64,000 nucleotides of DNA from Phoronis australis (taxonomy: Eukaryota; Animalia; Phoronida): the NCBI GenBank assembly GCA_002633005.1, contig NMRA01000073.1:644150-708149 (forward strand), read 5' to 3'. The notes beneath the pieces are model-generated. The model did no database searches, was not told the origin of the DNA, and worked only from the letters and a program-made list of their open reading frames with translations. Below are positions 23,617 to 38,100 of this stretch, in pieces; position 1 is the first letter of the stretch, and each line of letters opens with the position of its first letter. The translations under genes were made by a program, and so were the position numbers.

Positions 23617-26600
23617 CCTGTTTACGCAATGACGAAAACTAACCGACGAGCTCGGTGGCGCTACCTCTCCTCCGTTCGCGCGAACTTTACTGCAAAGTCT
23701 TTAAAAGTCAAATTTAACTAACGTGTTCAAAATATAAACTTATGTAGAACACTAAATGTAAATGTGTGTGCAGTTCGTGTTTTCCGAGTCACGGTTAGTT
23801 TAATTAACGATGAAAGTTGATAAGTAAGCACTCATGTAAGAACAATTAACGTCTGCTTTGTCTATGAGTCACAGAAAGTATGTATGTAATGCAGTCACAT
23901 AGTCATCATGCAAGGGGACGACAATTACGCCTTGGTCGAGTCTGAACGGAAACATCTGATGATTGGCAAGTATCGTCAGTAGAGCTGCTGCACTCAACAG
24001 GAGCAGAGTTGTTCTCTTAGAAGGTTAGTGGTGCTGTAATCTCAATGGCAGCCAGAAGAGGGTTGCTAGGTGGGGCGGGCTCCTTATCAGAAGTTTGTAC
24101 CGGTACGTTGTTGGCAAGTGGCTGACGGTGAGTAATAGTCAAGGACAATGGGGGAACTGCAGTGTAGTAGATATATCGTCTTCAAGCGTGTCATCCTCGT
24201 TTAAGGGTAACTGGGGCTTATGTGACGTGGTACAATGTAGCAATCTGACATTTTGACCTTGTAGGAGCTGGCACGAAGTTGCCAACGAATTTCTTAACGA
24301 AACACCACTCCCCATCTACAGACACAACCAAATATCGACAATGGGATTCGGTCTTGTCATAATCACTAGTGTAAATAGACAAGATCAACTGGGTGAATGG
24401 TCGGAAGCCTGTGACTTGAAAACACAGGGGAATTGCGACTCTTAGATTTTTCGCTGAAAGCATGGTTGTCAAGGCGGAACAAATGTTACTGCAAAATATA
24501 ATCTTGGTCGATCAGTAGTATCTGCCCCCCACCGAGAACTGGGAGTGCTGAGACCATAGTTCTCGAGCCGACAGGCCTTGAGATCTGATGCGTGTGCTTA
24601 AGCAGGCAACACACACACAGCGAGAGTGACTGTAGACAAGGGACCACCGGTAGGGTCTTGGCGAAGGATCTCATATTCAAGCTCAGCGACCGCCTTTTCT
24701 GCGATCGGGTTCTTTTTTGTGTTCTTGAGCACGGCCGATCTCTACTGTGATACATGACTTGTCAGAGAAGCATCATTGGCTGGGAACTGGAAGCCGGGGG
24801 CTGGGTCTAAACATACAACAGCACCATCCATTGGGTGAAGACCAACAAGTAAGCTGAGTAAACCATCACGCAAGGTGTCTCTTCTTTCATTGGCGACGAA
24901 ACAGGCAACCGTAAATGNTGGCGAAGGATCTCATATTCAAGCTCAGCGACCGCCTTTTCTGCGATCGGGTTCTTTTTTGTGTTCTTGAGCACGGCCGATC
25001 TCTACTGTGATACCATGACTTGTCAGAGAAGCATCATTGGCTAGGAACTGGAAGCCGGGGGCTGGGTCTAAACATACAACAGCACCATCCATTGGGTGAA
25101 GACCAACAAGTAAGCTGAGTAGACCATCACGCAAGGTGTCTCTTCTTTCATTGGCGACGAAACAGGCAACCGTAAATGACGTGACACACTCTCGTACAAT
25201 CAGTATGAGTTGGCGAGAAAGTTTAAGTACGTCAGCTGCGAAGGTCTGGTCAAGAACGTATGGGGATTCCCAGTTGTTTGGACCTGAGAAGGCATATGAA
25301 TCTTGGCAAGGGACGCGCACGTGTGACTGGATTTTCTAACCTTGTTGATGGCAGTTGAGAGATCAAGGATGTGGAACTGATGGCTGACCACGAGCTTGGG
25401 CTGGTTCGAGTGGGGGGATCAAGTTTTAAATGTAGAGCTGTGAGAAGACCGTCAACAGCAGTGCGTGGGATGATGATCAACTCCACTGGAGGGTCAAAGG
25501 GACGAGTTGATTTTACGACTAGTAGACCATCACGGACAATCGTGGCAAAGCCCATCGTTTGGTGTCTTTGATGCAAGTGTCTTTCTTGGATGGTCAAGGG
25601 CCCTGAGAAAGGTGAGCATGACTGAACCCGGCCGAGGTCAGGACAATCTTGTGGAACGAGCCAAGCAACACGATTTCTGAATGGCGGTAGGGGTACAGAG
25701 ATACCATCTGAGCTTGATGAAGTAGTGCGAACCACGGCTGTTTCTGCATCTAACAAAAAGTGAAAAATTCGACAGTTTGGTTCTTTGCGACTACAGAAAT
25801 CTGATGGGAGGTTGGCAACTCCTGCAATGTGACGCAAGTAGACCTGATAGCGGCTGACTATCGACAGAAACGAGATAATATACCATAACGCTCAATCGTC
25901 GTGAGAGACCGTCCGGAGTTGGTACATGGTGCAACTCTCCCGACTGTCTGGGGTCAACAGAAAACCACAGTTCATCTGTGAGTCTACACCAATGGTGGCA
26001 AACGATAAGTTCTACTTGACGTCAGCTGCAGATATGCTTATCTCTTTTATGGCACCCAATGTGTGATTTGGCAAAGCGTTTTCAAAATAATGTGCATAAA
26101 TCAGTGGAGTGTGAGACCCCTGAGGTCCCTGTCAAGTCCTCACGACAATTCTACGTTATGCGTGTGCTTGCTGAGAACTCGGCTCGCTTGGACACAGGGT
26201 TGGCTATCAAGACGCGGCACGCTGGATGTTTAAACTGGATGATGAATGGGCTGTAATGTTTGACGGCAGCGCCAATAAACAGGGCCTTAATTTCGCTAGA
26301 AAGTCAGTTGACTTGGCACTGAAAACGCCAGCCAAGTGTTGTTTACAATGGCGTGTGATGTAGAGTGTTGCAGCGACTGTGGGCATGTTATGGACTTGTG
26401 GGACAACAAGGTATTTTGGGCATCACTAAACAGTGCATGTAAGTCTTCGGTCCAATTGATTTTATCGGAGGATTGCAAGCCACTGATGGCGATGTCTAGC
26501 AGCTCCAGGTTGGAGGAGGAGTGGCGAACTTCGCGACTCAATACCTTGTTTGCGTTTGAAGGAATGCATTTGGCGAAGAGTTTCGGGAGCGGGACAAAAA

Positions 26601-27890
26601 GCCAGTGTGGTTATTCTGTGGGGACTCGCTGAAAGTTGTCTTTGGTTCCAAATCCAACCCAGTATTGCGGTAGACTTCGGGCAGATAACTGTCTTCGAGG
26701 CAGACACGCGTAGATCACAGCTGTCGAGTGCAGCCAAAACTCGTCTCCAGTTAGTGAAGGGTTCCTCAGGAGAGTCACACCACAGAACAAGTCGTCAGGT
26801 AGCTTGGCTACAAAGCCTTCCATAATGAAATCTCCGAGTACACGACACATGAGCTATTCTGAGGCGTTTTCTAAGCCAGGCATTCCCATGGCACATCTCG
26901 TGTAAACACGCAAACCATTGTAGGGAGTGTCAGGGACTACGCGAACAGCAGCTGACCAGCAGGATGGGGAAGGATTGTTGACCGCGGCAACAGGTGGTGT
27001 TATATCTGATGGTGGGCCATCAACTAGTGCTGACGGGTCAGTGGCAGTCAAGCGCGCTTGGCATAGCTGCTCATGCCGACGAACAGGTAAAGGGTAGATC
27101 ATCATCGTACTTCAAGCGCAACATTTGGCCAACTGAGTCAGTAATATGTGGTCTAGGCCAGTGGTCGTTAGCTGTTAAATAACGGTTGCAGGGGGAGTCA
27201 GTACGGTATTCTACAGCAAGGGAGCAGTGTCAGGAGGGATATCAGCAGGCACTTTTAATGCAATGAAGTGCCCGAGCCACAGAGTGACAGCTGTGGAGTT
27301 CCGGAGGGTGCGGGTGCCAATGAGCCGAAAAACCGATTTGTCGACTAGACGAGGTTCGGAATGGATGAACTCGCGGTCTTGTATGGCTATGATGTGCTTC
27401 ACTTGGTCTTACAGCAATGTTGTTCAGTGTCATAAGGGGTATCCCGGTAAGGATATCAGCATCAACGGTGTCAACGACAAGAGCATCTAACTGGAGTCGC
27501 ATGTCGCCTGCAACCAACGGAAAGTGAGTTTCACCAATTGAAGCGAGGGGGTGACAGTGTCATCGGCTTGGAAGCAGTGTTGGGAAGTCTTGGTTATGGG
27601 TGCATCAATACGCTTGGCGACAGAAGACTTGATCAGTTAATCTCTCCACCCTAGTCGACGGTAACAGACAAAGGGTGATGGCGATAAAAGGCGGAAATGA
27701 CTGGAGATAATCCTGTGCTGACGCTGCGGATACTGGGGTGCACAGGCAGTCGGTTGGTGGTCGAACGACTTATCGTCTGAGACATGGGCGTCTCATGATC
27801 CGTGAACGTAGTTCAATAAAGTTTGGAGAAGTCACGTAAATGCGGTCTTCTGGAGGGAAAAAGTCGCACTTGCTCAAAAAATGATCCGCA
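23617..27890 (-). mobile_element. Decayed, doubly truncated Gypsy/Ty3 LTR retrotransposon (gag end, protease, RT, RNase H, integrase)
   Basis: Minus-strand fragments in PR-RT-RH-INT order: gag end DHFLSKCDF (~27860), protease region ~27440-27670, RT GLRVYTRCAMGMPG and AKLPDDL (~26790-26915), ILGWIW, RNase H RHIAGVANLPSDFCSR (~25790-25837), integrase FAADVLK/IVRECVTSFT, pol end RPRRNCRP..DDYV (~23890-23945), purine tract GGAGGAGAGG at 23664-23673. Many stops and frameshifts. Confidence 0.88.
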
Positions 27891-28724
27891 AAAAGGCCGG
27901 TAATGTGAGAGTATATAGGCCCTATTTGTACCTCAAGCAATATGCAGTTGCTAGAGACCAGTCTAATAGTGTGCGATTTTATACACACAGCATGGTCTCA
28001 AGGAATACCAAATTGTCAATTCGCTACAATTCCAGAAATCACTTCGCATCTGGATAAGGAACAAACTGAGCAAAGTTTATAGAGGTAAATGGTCTAAATC
28101 AAAACTTATTACCTCCTGGACAGAATATGGGTTTACAACCCAGGCATAAAGATATGTTAACAAAACCAGCCAAACTGCAACAGGGGCTCAAATTTCAGTA
28201 ATATATACCCACTTACAAACAAAAATCTATAATGGTAAATAAAATGCGGAAACATAAATTCAGATCAATTACGCATCTTCAAGGAAAAAGAACAGTACAG
28301 TGGTCAGAAATCATCTAAATGTGATGGCCACACTGAGAAATCCTGTCAGACCAAAAAATCCAGTGGCTAAACAAAATGAACAATGTACCATTACCATGTG
28401 GCCCAGGATCATGATCAGTGCCTAAACAAAAATTCAGTCCAGGTAAATTTTAGGTTTGTGCTGTTCACACAAGCAGTTCTAGTGCAAACAAACTGAAGCT
28501 TCAGTGGCGGATCTAGGATATCACAAGGGGGGGGGCCCAACATTTTGTCCGGCTGTAAGCATTTGCGCACACTGAACCACGATTGTAGATGCGCATAGCA
28601 CCGAATGGGGGGAGGTCGGGAGGGGGGTTCTGTTTTTACCTCTAAAAATCAAGCATTTTCCTTGATTCATGAAGTATTATTCAAGAAAAAAAAAAACGGA
28701 GAACGTGTCAAACAGGAAAACTGA

Positions 28725-28795
28725 ACGTACCAAAGACTTGAACTCACGACCCCGCGGTTAGAGAGCGCGTGCGTTACCACTACACCACCACGATA
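28725..28795 (-). repeat. tRNA-derived SINE-like head (A box / B box)
   Basis: Minus strand GGTGGTGTAGTGGTAACGCACGCG...GGTCGTGAGTTCAAGTC: A box TGGTGTAGTGG, B box GTTCAAGTC; no intact acceptor stem or canonical anticodon loop. Confidence 0.5.
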
Positions 28796-30511
28796 TAACT
28801 AGTAAACTAATGCTAAAAGACCTACTTGTTTATGGTCCACAGCGTTTGCGCGCGAAACCTACTTCTTTTCGTAATGCTTATTACACGTTTTATATTTTGT
28901 GCCATGAATTCTTAACAAATTTGTCGTATTTAAAATAGTCTTCAAATGCCCAAAAGACCAAATCCGTTTTTCGAGTTGGCAATAATGACGGGATTGCTTT
29001 GGAAATCGTCTAAGTTAAGGTTTGACAAAGAGAGTATTGCGAGTTTCTGAGTGATTCACTAAGGCTTCGATTGAAATTCACATCTTACCAGCAGCTTCTG
29101 TTTTTTCATCGTCACTCAGGTTCCATTCTCTTTAAAAAATGAAGTAAATTTTCTTCATTGCACAGTGGAGCAGACGACGAAAACGGAGTCGTAGTGCGCA
29201 GCGCCACTGCCGGTCGCCTGGGATATCGCGGGAGAGCCTATACTTAGCCATAGTTCCGTTACGAATGCGCAGTGTTCCGAATTTGACACTTGAAATTGGG
29301 TTTGAGCCCCCCCCCCCCAACACTAAAACTGCACACATTTAAATCTTTTTTCATCCGTATAATTTTAATTACCGGGGTTAAATAATAAACTAAACATTTC
29401 CCAACGCTCTTGCTGTCAATTTTTTTTGCGGCAGCCCCCCTAAATCCGCCTATGATAATGGGTCGGGCACGCAACAGACGTACGGGAACACTAGACCCCG
29501 TTTTGTGAGCAGCCAGTCTTCGCCAGCTTGCAAACTGGTGCTCGCAGTTTTATATCCAAAAAATATAAGCAGAGGCCTTCAACGCCCAAGTTACGCAAGA
29601 CGTACTCGGCTGTGTGACCTCCTCTTTTCAATGTTACGTGTTTGTTTTTCAGGAAGTCAAAGTTAGTGCATCACTTGCTGGACGCTCCCTTGCTGGACAG
29701 GCGCTGGAGAGCTATGGCGCTGCCATGTTCAAAGAACTCCAGGTAGCGCTGTACTGAATATACAATATGGCTGCCCCCAGTTTCCAAGTGCTTTGCGAGG
29801 TCGAATAGCACTATTTACACTTTTAGGGTAAATTTTGAAACTTAAGCTGACCATTTGTCTATCTGATCATTTTTGTGACTAATTTAAATGAGCTTCGGGC
29901 AAGTGTATTTGGTTGCCCATTCTTTACTAGCAGTAGTAACTTGCACTTGTTAACTGTCCCGCGGTTTTGGCGCCGGGTGGCCCGGGTAGACAGTGTCTGA
30001 CACTGACAGTGATCACCGTCTCTAGTAGGCCCAGTATAGGCGCTGTGGCTTATATAGGAGTTTCGTACACCGCCACCGGACGCTTTTCGGCGAATTTTGC
30101 CTCACACTGACTAAAATATCAAATTCACGTTGTTCTAAATAGTAGAGCCTACCTTTTGACTGAGTTTTGTGCATGTGGAGGCCACACCTTAATTGGGAGG
30201 CTGTCGATGTACTAGTAATTCCTTCAAAGTAATCTAATTCGAAGCATTTTGGTGCTACGCCGTAGCACTACAGAAACGACAAAAACACATACCAAATATG
30301 TGTATTTATTTTTTATATTTCTGTTGCAGTTTTTTTTTGTCAGAGCCTATAATTTTTCTGTCAAAAGGTTTGCATAATTCATAATTAATTAACTAATGAC
30401 CCTCAATTTTCAGACTGAAATGCCTTGAAAATGCAAAAGTGTTGTTTTAATGAAAAGACTATGCTCATTTTTGAGATATTGTATCTTTGAAAACTACTTT
30501 TCTCCAACGGA

Positions 30512-31303
30512 CAGTGTCGGTGCCCTAAAGTCGCTGATTGTCATACTACTCATTGTCCGTTAGCAACTGCTCATGTGATGTCATGGCCATATTTCAGCCT
30601 TCACAAAATATACGTGTTGTGCCAGTCTTAACCCTTGTTTGTCTCTGTAAGCAGAGTTTTGAAACGGTCGCTCTATCGCCGGCCATTTTGAATGAGGCCC
30701 TAAAGTCATGACCTTTTCATTTAGATGGAAATGCACGAAGTAAGGCCACACAGGTCAACTACAGTGCTTACAGTTACTCGAGTAGACAACATAAAAACAC
30801 ATTGCATTGTTTATTAATTGAGTTTCAATTGAAATAAATTGTTATGTGTTTTGCACCCAATTCCGATGTGCACAGATGTTTTCAATGAGGGTGTTTACGT
30901 AAAACGTTAGGAACCCAGCTTCAATTATCTCTCTGTTTTCTATTGCTTTAGCTTTACAAAACTTGATCGACCCTGGGACATTTTGATTCATTGTTCAAGC
31001 TACCCCTGTAACGTGTGTTTGACCAAATCTGAACGATGAATATTTTCGAAAATATATTCTGAAACTGCACAAAAAATGGAATAGTGAAATATGCTGTTTT
31101 TAAAAAACATTTGAAAATAAAAAGCCACTCAATCACTGTTTATTATCATGTTGTGAATATCAACATGTCCGGGTATTCGTTTGACGCTCGTAAGCAGACG
31201 AATGCTGGAAACGTCAACGCTAGATGTCTCGGGACCTCGCAGAAGAGGAAATAAGATCGTTCATGACTTTAGGGCACTCACGACTTTAGGACCTCCGACA
31301 GTG
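30512..31303. mobile_element. Non-autonomous DNA transposon with terminal and subterminal repeats
   Basis: Left CAGTGTCGGTGCCCTAAAGTCG; right reverse complement CACTGTCGGAGGTCCTAAAGTCG; inner GCCCTAAAGTCATGA at ~30697 and inverted at 31261-31275. Confidence 0.55.
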
Positions 31304-32020
31304 CTATGAAAGTCATGTTATTGCCATTCTTCTACCAGGATGACTGTTCGTTTGCTGCAGTTTTGCATGACGTGGTTGGAAGAAGTTTCATCATAACAAG
31401 ACTTCGTGTTGGCCATATCACTGACATTTGGAAACCCTATCCAAACAAGTGTTGTGTACGACAACTCTTCATTGCCTGTTTGCAAGTAGCTAACATGGAT
31501 AGTGTAAATGCCTCTGCTTTGTCAGGCTTCCATGACTCTTCATTTTCTTCTTCCTCTTCAACCCTCCCTGCTATTGTTGGCACCCTGTGCTTTTCTTCTT
31601 CTTCTACCTTTGTGTGGGTATCAACCGTCGTCCACAGCCACCCCTGCTGTAGGTACCTTTTTGTCTCACTGTAATAGTTTTCCAGTTTTTAAAGTTTTGT
31701 GTCATTGTACATTGTATTCTGCTTAGCTGTGTTGAAGGTGGTGTAGTCTGTTTTCGACTCCTGGATATCTGTTTTACACCAGGGTTTCTGTTTTGATGGA
31801 ACACCCTGAATTTAGCGGCTCATGAATGCTGGTCCCATTATCTGACAAACATTAAATACATGTGAAATCTCCCTCATCGGGCCCAATCCCCTCCAATGAT
31901 TAAAAAATACCCACAATGCAACGTAATCAGGCCTGTACACAAAAATCTTCAGATTTCCAACTCAATACTCTATGCATTTGTCCTCTGTTACAGACTTCCA
32001 ATCAGGTCTGTTGATCAGCG

Positions 32021-32175
32021 ATGGCAGGCTCAAAATCAAGATTGTTAGTCCATGGTGCAAGACAGGTGGTGACTGTTGTGTCTAATGGAGAGAGGGTATT
32101 GAAGGGGGCCAATCAGAAGAACATTGCAGTACTCGACCAAGTGGATGACAACGGCCTTACTGTTGTTGTGGATAG
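32021..32175 (+). CDS. AMDHD1: AMDHD1 coding exon 1
   Basis: MAGSKSRLLVHGARQVVTVVSNGERVLKG...TVVVD; |GTAAAA. Confidence 0.88.
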
Positions 32176-35100
32176 GTAAAACTGCGTTGTGCTTGAAGTT
32201 GTATTCTTATGATTTCAAGGTCATGTATGTGTGAAGCTAGTATTCACATTGAATTGAGCAATCTTGAGATTGAGCAAAGAAGAGCTTTATAAATTCTCAG
32301 ACATGGCTTCAAATTCAGGTGATTGCTCTTGTTTTCCAATGCATGAAGAGCATAATAAAAGCATAACCAGTAGTCTCAAGTTTTTGTGATTGACTGTGTG
32401 TGGTACATCTTTGATCCATTATGTTATAAGAAAATATCCCAATTTCGCTATCTTCAGAACATCATATCTCAGAAATGGCTAATCGAATTCAGCTGAAACT
32501 TTCACATAGTGTGCTTTATGATCAGTCTGTTGTTAAAAAGCTATTGCCTATTGTTTTTAAAATGTTCCACTTTTGAATGAGGGGCTATCAAAAATAACAC
32601 TTTTATGGGAAAACTGATAATTTCGAAAACTGTTACTGGCAGTGTTTTTTGAGTTTTTATTTTTAACATTACTACCAAATGAAATTGGGTCCTGTCATTT
32701 TTCCTATGACATTGATTCTGTGTCTTAGGTTTTTCTTGTTCACTGTCAACTTTTGACCTAATTTACAACTCTCTCTTGGTTTGATTTGGTTTTACATCAT
32801 TGTCTTTTACTGTTTCAGCAATGGGAGAATATCTGAAGTAGGTTATGACCGTGACATCTTACCTAAGTATAATGATGTCAACTCTGCTTTTGAAAAGGTC
32901 ATTGATGCAAGTGGAAGGTCTGTGATTCCAGGTACAGTTCAAGTTATGTGGCCAACGTAATGATTGATCTTTGAATGGCCATACACATTCAGTCAAAGAA
33001 AAATGGATACCATAATCTACTGACATTATGTGTGATTTGTCTGACAGTCAAACTGCAAATTTATGGTCTGTTTCATGAAAAGTGTCTTTTGAGTGACTCA
33101 GGTCAGAAGTTTGGTCTTGCGTTCTGCACAACTATTTCTGAAAAATAATGAAATCTCCCTTCAGCAAAAACGCAAAGTCTAAGAATATACGTTCAAATAA
33201 TTGCCAAATACTTAGATAATTTCTTTAGATTATTCCTAGATTGCTATGCACTCATAATTACTTGCTTGGTTAAACTTTTATTTAGTAATAATGAAGTGGG
33301 ACGGTAATGCCAAATTTCTGTCTTAAGTCCTCACTCATTCTTTGTGTAACAGGCTACTGGTTTGTAATGTTTTCCACTCCACAGGTCCGTGACAGTGTTT
33401 AGACGTGTAGTTGACTCGCTCTACCTATCAAAGTGATGTCAAAATTGGCCACGTCGGTGTCACATGCTCCTTGTCAGTCATGTTTACGCACACACTTGCA
33501 CTGGAGCAACTGTTGCATGTTAGCTGCGCCGGGTCAACAGTCGCTCATGTAAATGTGGCTATACTCATTCTTATCATATAGAAATAACACATCAAGGTAA
33601 TCACTCGAGAAATCTGTCAAAAATTTCTCTGTTAGATTTTCTTAAAGAGAACAGTTTAGAAGAAAATGACTTTCTGATTTTTTTCTCAGTCTAGCATAGA
33701 TTACAATACATCAGTCTGTTCTCTTCGTACACCATGTTCTCACCTTTTTTCAATGTTTAGACTGTGGGTTGATACTCTTAGTTTTGTCAGATCAATTCTG
33801 TTGTTTCTAAATTTTACCCTGTACAGGCACCCATCAGCATTGTTGTATTTCTCTAGGTCTGGTCGACGCCCATACCCATCCAGTGTGGGCAGGTGACAGG
33901 GTGCACGAGTTTGCTATGAAGGTGAGTGTTCACTGAATGGGAGTTCGTTGTCTTGACCTGAACTTTTTTATTATGCGCCCACATGTTGCCATCATCTCCG
34001 TTCGTCCGGCGTCCGCTGCTCTATCTCCAAAATCCCTTGACGTATGTTCATAAAATTTTGCACATGTGTTACTTCCATAGGTGGGACGGCATGAGCGAAC
34101 TTTCGGACGGATCCGGCAACTGGTGTGCCACCTAGTGGCAATTTTATTTTTTTTACGCTTACCTCTGTATCTTCAAAAGTCCTCAACGGATTTTAATGAA
34201 ACCAAAATTGTAATTGCGGATCACAGGTGCCTCCTAGTGGTAGTTTTGTTTTGTTTTTCGCCCATAGCTGTTTGTACAAAACCCACTGCAGGATCTTTAT
34301 TAAATTTTGTAATTGAATTTATATGAAGATAACAGACAACGACTTTCAGGCGGATCGAACGGACAACGTGCCCACAAGTGGCAATTTCATTTTGTTGTGT
34401 TTTCCTTAACTTCTCTGAAGTTCCTTGACAGATTTTTATGAAATATGGCATGTTCCCATTTTTGAATGAATTGTACATTTTTGTGCCATCTAGTGGCCAT
34501 TTTTGTGATACAAATAAATAACCCTAAAAGCACACCATTTGCGATGCATTCGTGGCTGCATTTCAGGGCTTTTTAGTCTTAAATTGAATTCTGTTAAATC
34601 TGGAAAATTGTCTTTTATTGTTAAATTATTAAGTATGTGATGCTGTTTTTGTAATTTAACTAATACCTTCAGGTGTTTTACATTTTGAATTAATTGAAAT
34701 TGCAGTAAAAATGTTGGAATTCCCCCTCACGAGTTTTGTTGTACATTCAGTGTCTTGGTGCAGCAGCAATGCAACTTTTTCACCTGAATATATTATAACC
34801 TTTGCTTGTTAATTTGAAAAATCCCTCTTCACATGTCAGATTATATGTTCACATCCAGCCTCTGGACGTGCATTAGTGTTATGTTGGAACACGGTATGCT
34901 GTTTAGTGCCGAATTTTGTTTTGTTCTGGCTTTGTATTGTGTGGATTTAGGGGCAGGGGACTGCTCTTTCCTCTAGACCTGACCAAACAAAATTTGTCAG
35001 GTATGTTTTTTTCAGCTATGATGCGAAAATTTTTCTTTCAAACATTTTGGTTGGGTCCCCCTTGCGACGAACACCATCCACCAGTGACTATATCAAGTTC

Positions 35101-38100
35101 TTAAATAAGGTTATTCAACACTGCTAGTGTTTTTCCATGCTGTCTCTTTACTATTAATATTTCCAAAGCGTTTATATAAATTCTTTGCAACCGTCATGCT
35201 GTCAATTTACTTGGACGACTGATGTGTGGCAGGATATTAATACGATTCACACAAACATGTTCTGGTGTCTCAATGAATGTCTGTGAATGAAGAAAATAGT
35301 GTTTTTACCCAAGTGTCGTCTTGTACACCAGGATTAAAAATTAGATGAAGTCACAGATGCTTTTGTACACTCACTAAAAAGTTGCATGTAGAATGTTTCC
35401 CATTTTAGACAAAAACTATTTGGTCACTTACACGAGGATGCTTCACATCATAACTAGCACGTACAACATTTATAGCTAACTGTGTGTCATTGGATCGTTG
35501 CTTTGGAATACCCACTGTTCATTTTACTTCTAATACCTCGGCAGCTCGCTGGCGCCACCTACATGGAAGTTCATAAAGCTGGCGGTGGAATAAACTTCAC
35601 AGTTAACCATACCAGGGAAGCTAGCAAGCAGCAGCTGCTGGACAGTTTTGTAGAGCGGCTACGATGCATGTTGTCATGCGGTACAACTCTTGCCGAGTGC
35701 AAAACTGGATATGGTTTACACTGGGACGTGGAGCGGAAAATGCTTGAGGTTATAGAGGAGGGTCGTAAACTCATTCCTGTCGATATATCGGCAACATACT
35801 GTGGTGCCCATGCTGTTCCAAAGTGAGTTGGAATTTATAATAAAAAGCAGCATAGTGCTTTAACTCATTCAACCTTGAGCGCCATATGGTATAAACAGCT
35901 TAATAATGGCCTGGCTGGGCTGTGATAGTTTACCCTCTTAAAGTTGGAAGGTATTTCACAAAGAAACGCTGCACATTAAACCTCATTACTTAGTCATTAG
36001 TGAACATAATGATGCTCACCAAATATTCAGCTAATGTGTCTTGTATCCAGGTCCAATATTGATAATGGGTTGAACAAGTAGTTTTACTTTTTGTTTTCAA
36101 AAACATAAACATAATTTGTTTACCATAAATCCATTTTAATTTCCTGATAACATACCAGCAAAGTTTACCATGTGGCATATCCCCATCATAATCTAGATCA
36201 CTGAAGTCTATATCTAAATCTGACCATTCAGTGCCACCAGTATGCACACTTTTGTCTATCATACCCATAATCATTGAAGTCTATATCTAAATCTGACCAT
36301 TCAGTGCCACCAGTATGCACACTTTTGTCTATCATACCCATAATCATTGAAGTCTATAATTATCTAAATCTACTGTCATCAGTATCCACATCCGTAACTT
36401 CAAGAACTGTGAGAGAGCAGCAGAGATAATATCCGTATAAGAAGAAGGTAGTAATTTCAATTGAGTGTATACACAAAGTGCTAGTGACAGAGTAGAATGT
36501 TCTCAATAATTGGACTGTCATTTCGTTATTGCATGCGTGCACCCACGAGGGCTTGAATGAGCCCCCCCATTTGGCGAAGTGGGCAAAAAGGTCCGCCTCA
36601 GAGAAACGAAAAGTCTGAGAAAACGAGACAAAAGTCCACATATGCACAGTGAAGGTGGTACCCCGTTTTTTTGTTTTATTTTTATTCCTCCCACTTTTTT
36701 GTCAGCAAAAGGTCCACATCGTCAGAAATTCGAGCCCCCCATAGTAAAGGCTGGGTGTGCGCATGCATTGTATCTGGTCAGTTCCAATAAACCCAATAAA
36801 GTAAACAGGAGCAACCTCGCAGATGATTATGGTGATAGCAGTGCCATTAGCTTCAATCTAGTCTTCACATCAAACAAATGTACAATATTTCATCAAAGAA
36901 CTTCTCTGTAACCTTTCAAAAGTTATTACAACAATCACTACAAAGTTAGCACATGACGGCGACATCTCGTTGCTCCCAACTTGTTCGATTCTATAGCCCA
37001 ACAATAAGCTGGGAAGTTTACCCCATAGCCAATATCTTACACGACTGATAACTCCGTTCTGGCATTTATGGTTGGAGGGCCTGCGCTCTTTTGTTCGATA
37101 ATTGCTCTAATCTCCGATCAGATTGTATCTAGACTTACTGGGCTGAGCTGATGAAAATGAAAGTTAAGTTATAACATTTTTGAGCTTAAACCAATAGCAT
37201 TTCTGAATTCCTCGTCAAATGCTGATCATGTTCCGTTTTTGAATCACCAAAATTGCCCAACTGCAACAGAAGTTAAGACAATCTAATCTGTCCAAGCGGA
37301 CGCACTGGCTTTGACTGTTCATATGCATTCAGTTCTAGCGTGCAACCACCATAGGTTTCCTTTGAAGCCTGGGGGATAACTGGCCTGCTTCTTATACATA
37401 CGGGACAAAAGACTGAGCTGGACAGATAACAAAAGAGCCAGATGTTATCACACGTTCAGCACTCCTCACTTCTGGAAAAGTTATTGAACGACAGAACGCT
37501 GTAATGAAGTCATACCTCCAGGGTTTTCCTTGATTTGATAATTAGCTCTTGAAGAAATGGTTCTTAAGTCCAGAAATAACAGCCAATAGGCATTAAGTTC
37601 ACATACAGATTCTGGTGTCTCAGTCTTCATTGGATGGAAAACTGGGAATACCCTAGATGTATTTTAACTTAAGCCAATAAATTGCTGCCTTCTATCCCTC
37701 CTGAAGGTGGTATCCGCCTGTGAGAAACATTGTTTAGATAACGCTTCCAGACGGCAACAGCCCCTGAGTGAAAACAGTCACGCCATCTGGCGGCTTCAGG
37801 GAGGAATGAGTTGAGCCTCCTTCCATCAGAAAGTAAACTTTTACTTTCGACTGCTTACTGTTGCTGTACATTATTTATTATTTATTATTATTTATTATAA
37901 TTGTAATATTTACAATGAGGGTAGCCCTATCAGTTCACACTGCTTTCCATGGGGGCCCTCAGTAAAAAACAAACAGCTAGTAAGACAAAAACAGATTTAC
38001 ACAATGAAAGACAAATTTAAGTAATAAGCAAAGAATAAGAAATGAACATGAAAAGACTGATGAAGCAAAATAAAAATAAAATATGATATATAAAAGATAA

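Noticed and set aside
24659-25178. ~260-bp tandem duplication inside the Gypsy integrase
   Set aside because: Copies 24659-24917 and 24919-25178 abut a single N and differ at only about three positions; this is the signature of a contig overlap, not an LTR or biological repeat.
28725-28795. Possible functional or suppressor tRNA gene
   Set aside because: A and B boxes only; no acceptor stem, non-canonical anticodon loop, and embedded in repeat-derived sequence.
31306-31870. Purine-rich minus-strand stretch resembling coding sequence (EEEKHRVP...EEEEENEESW)
   Set aside because: Interrupted by stops and no recognisable motif; probably a decayed repeat, so no call can be supported.
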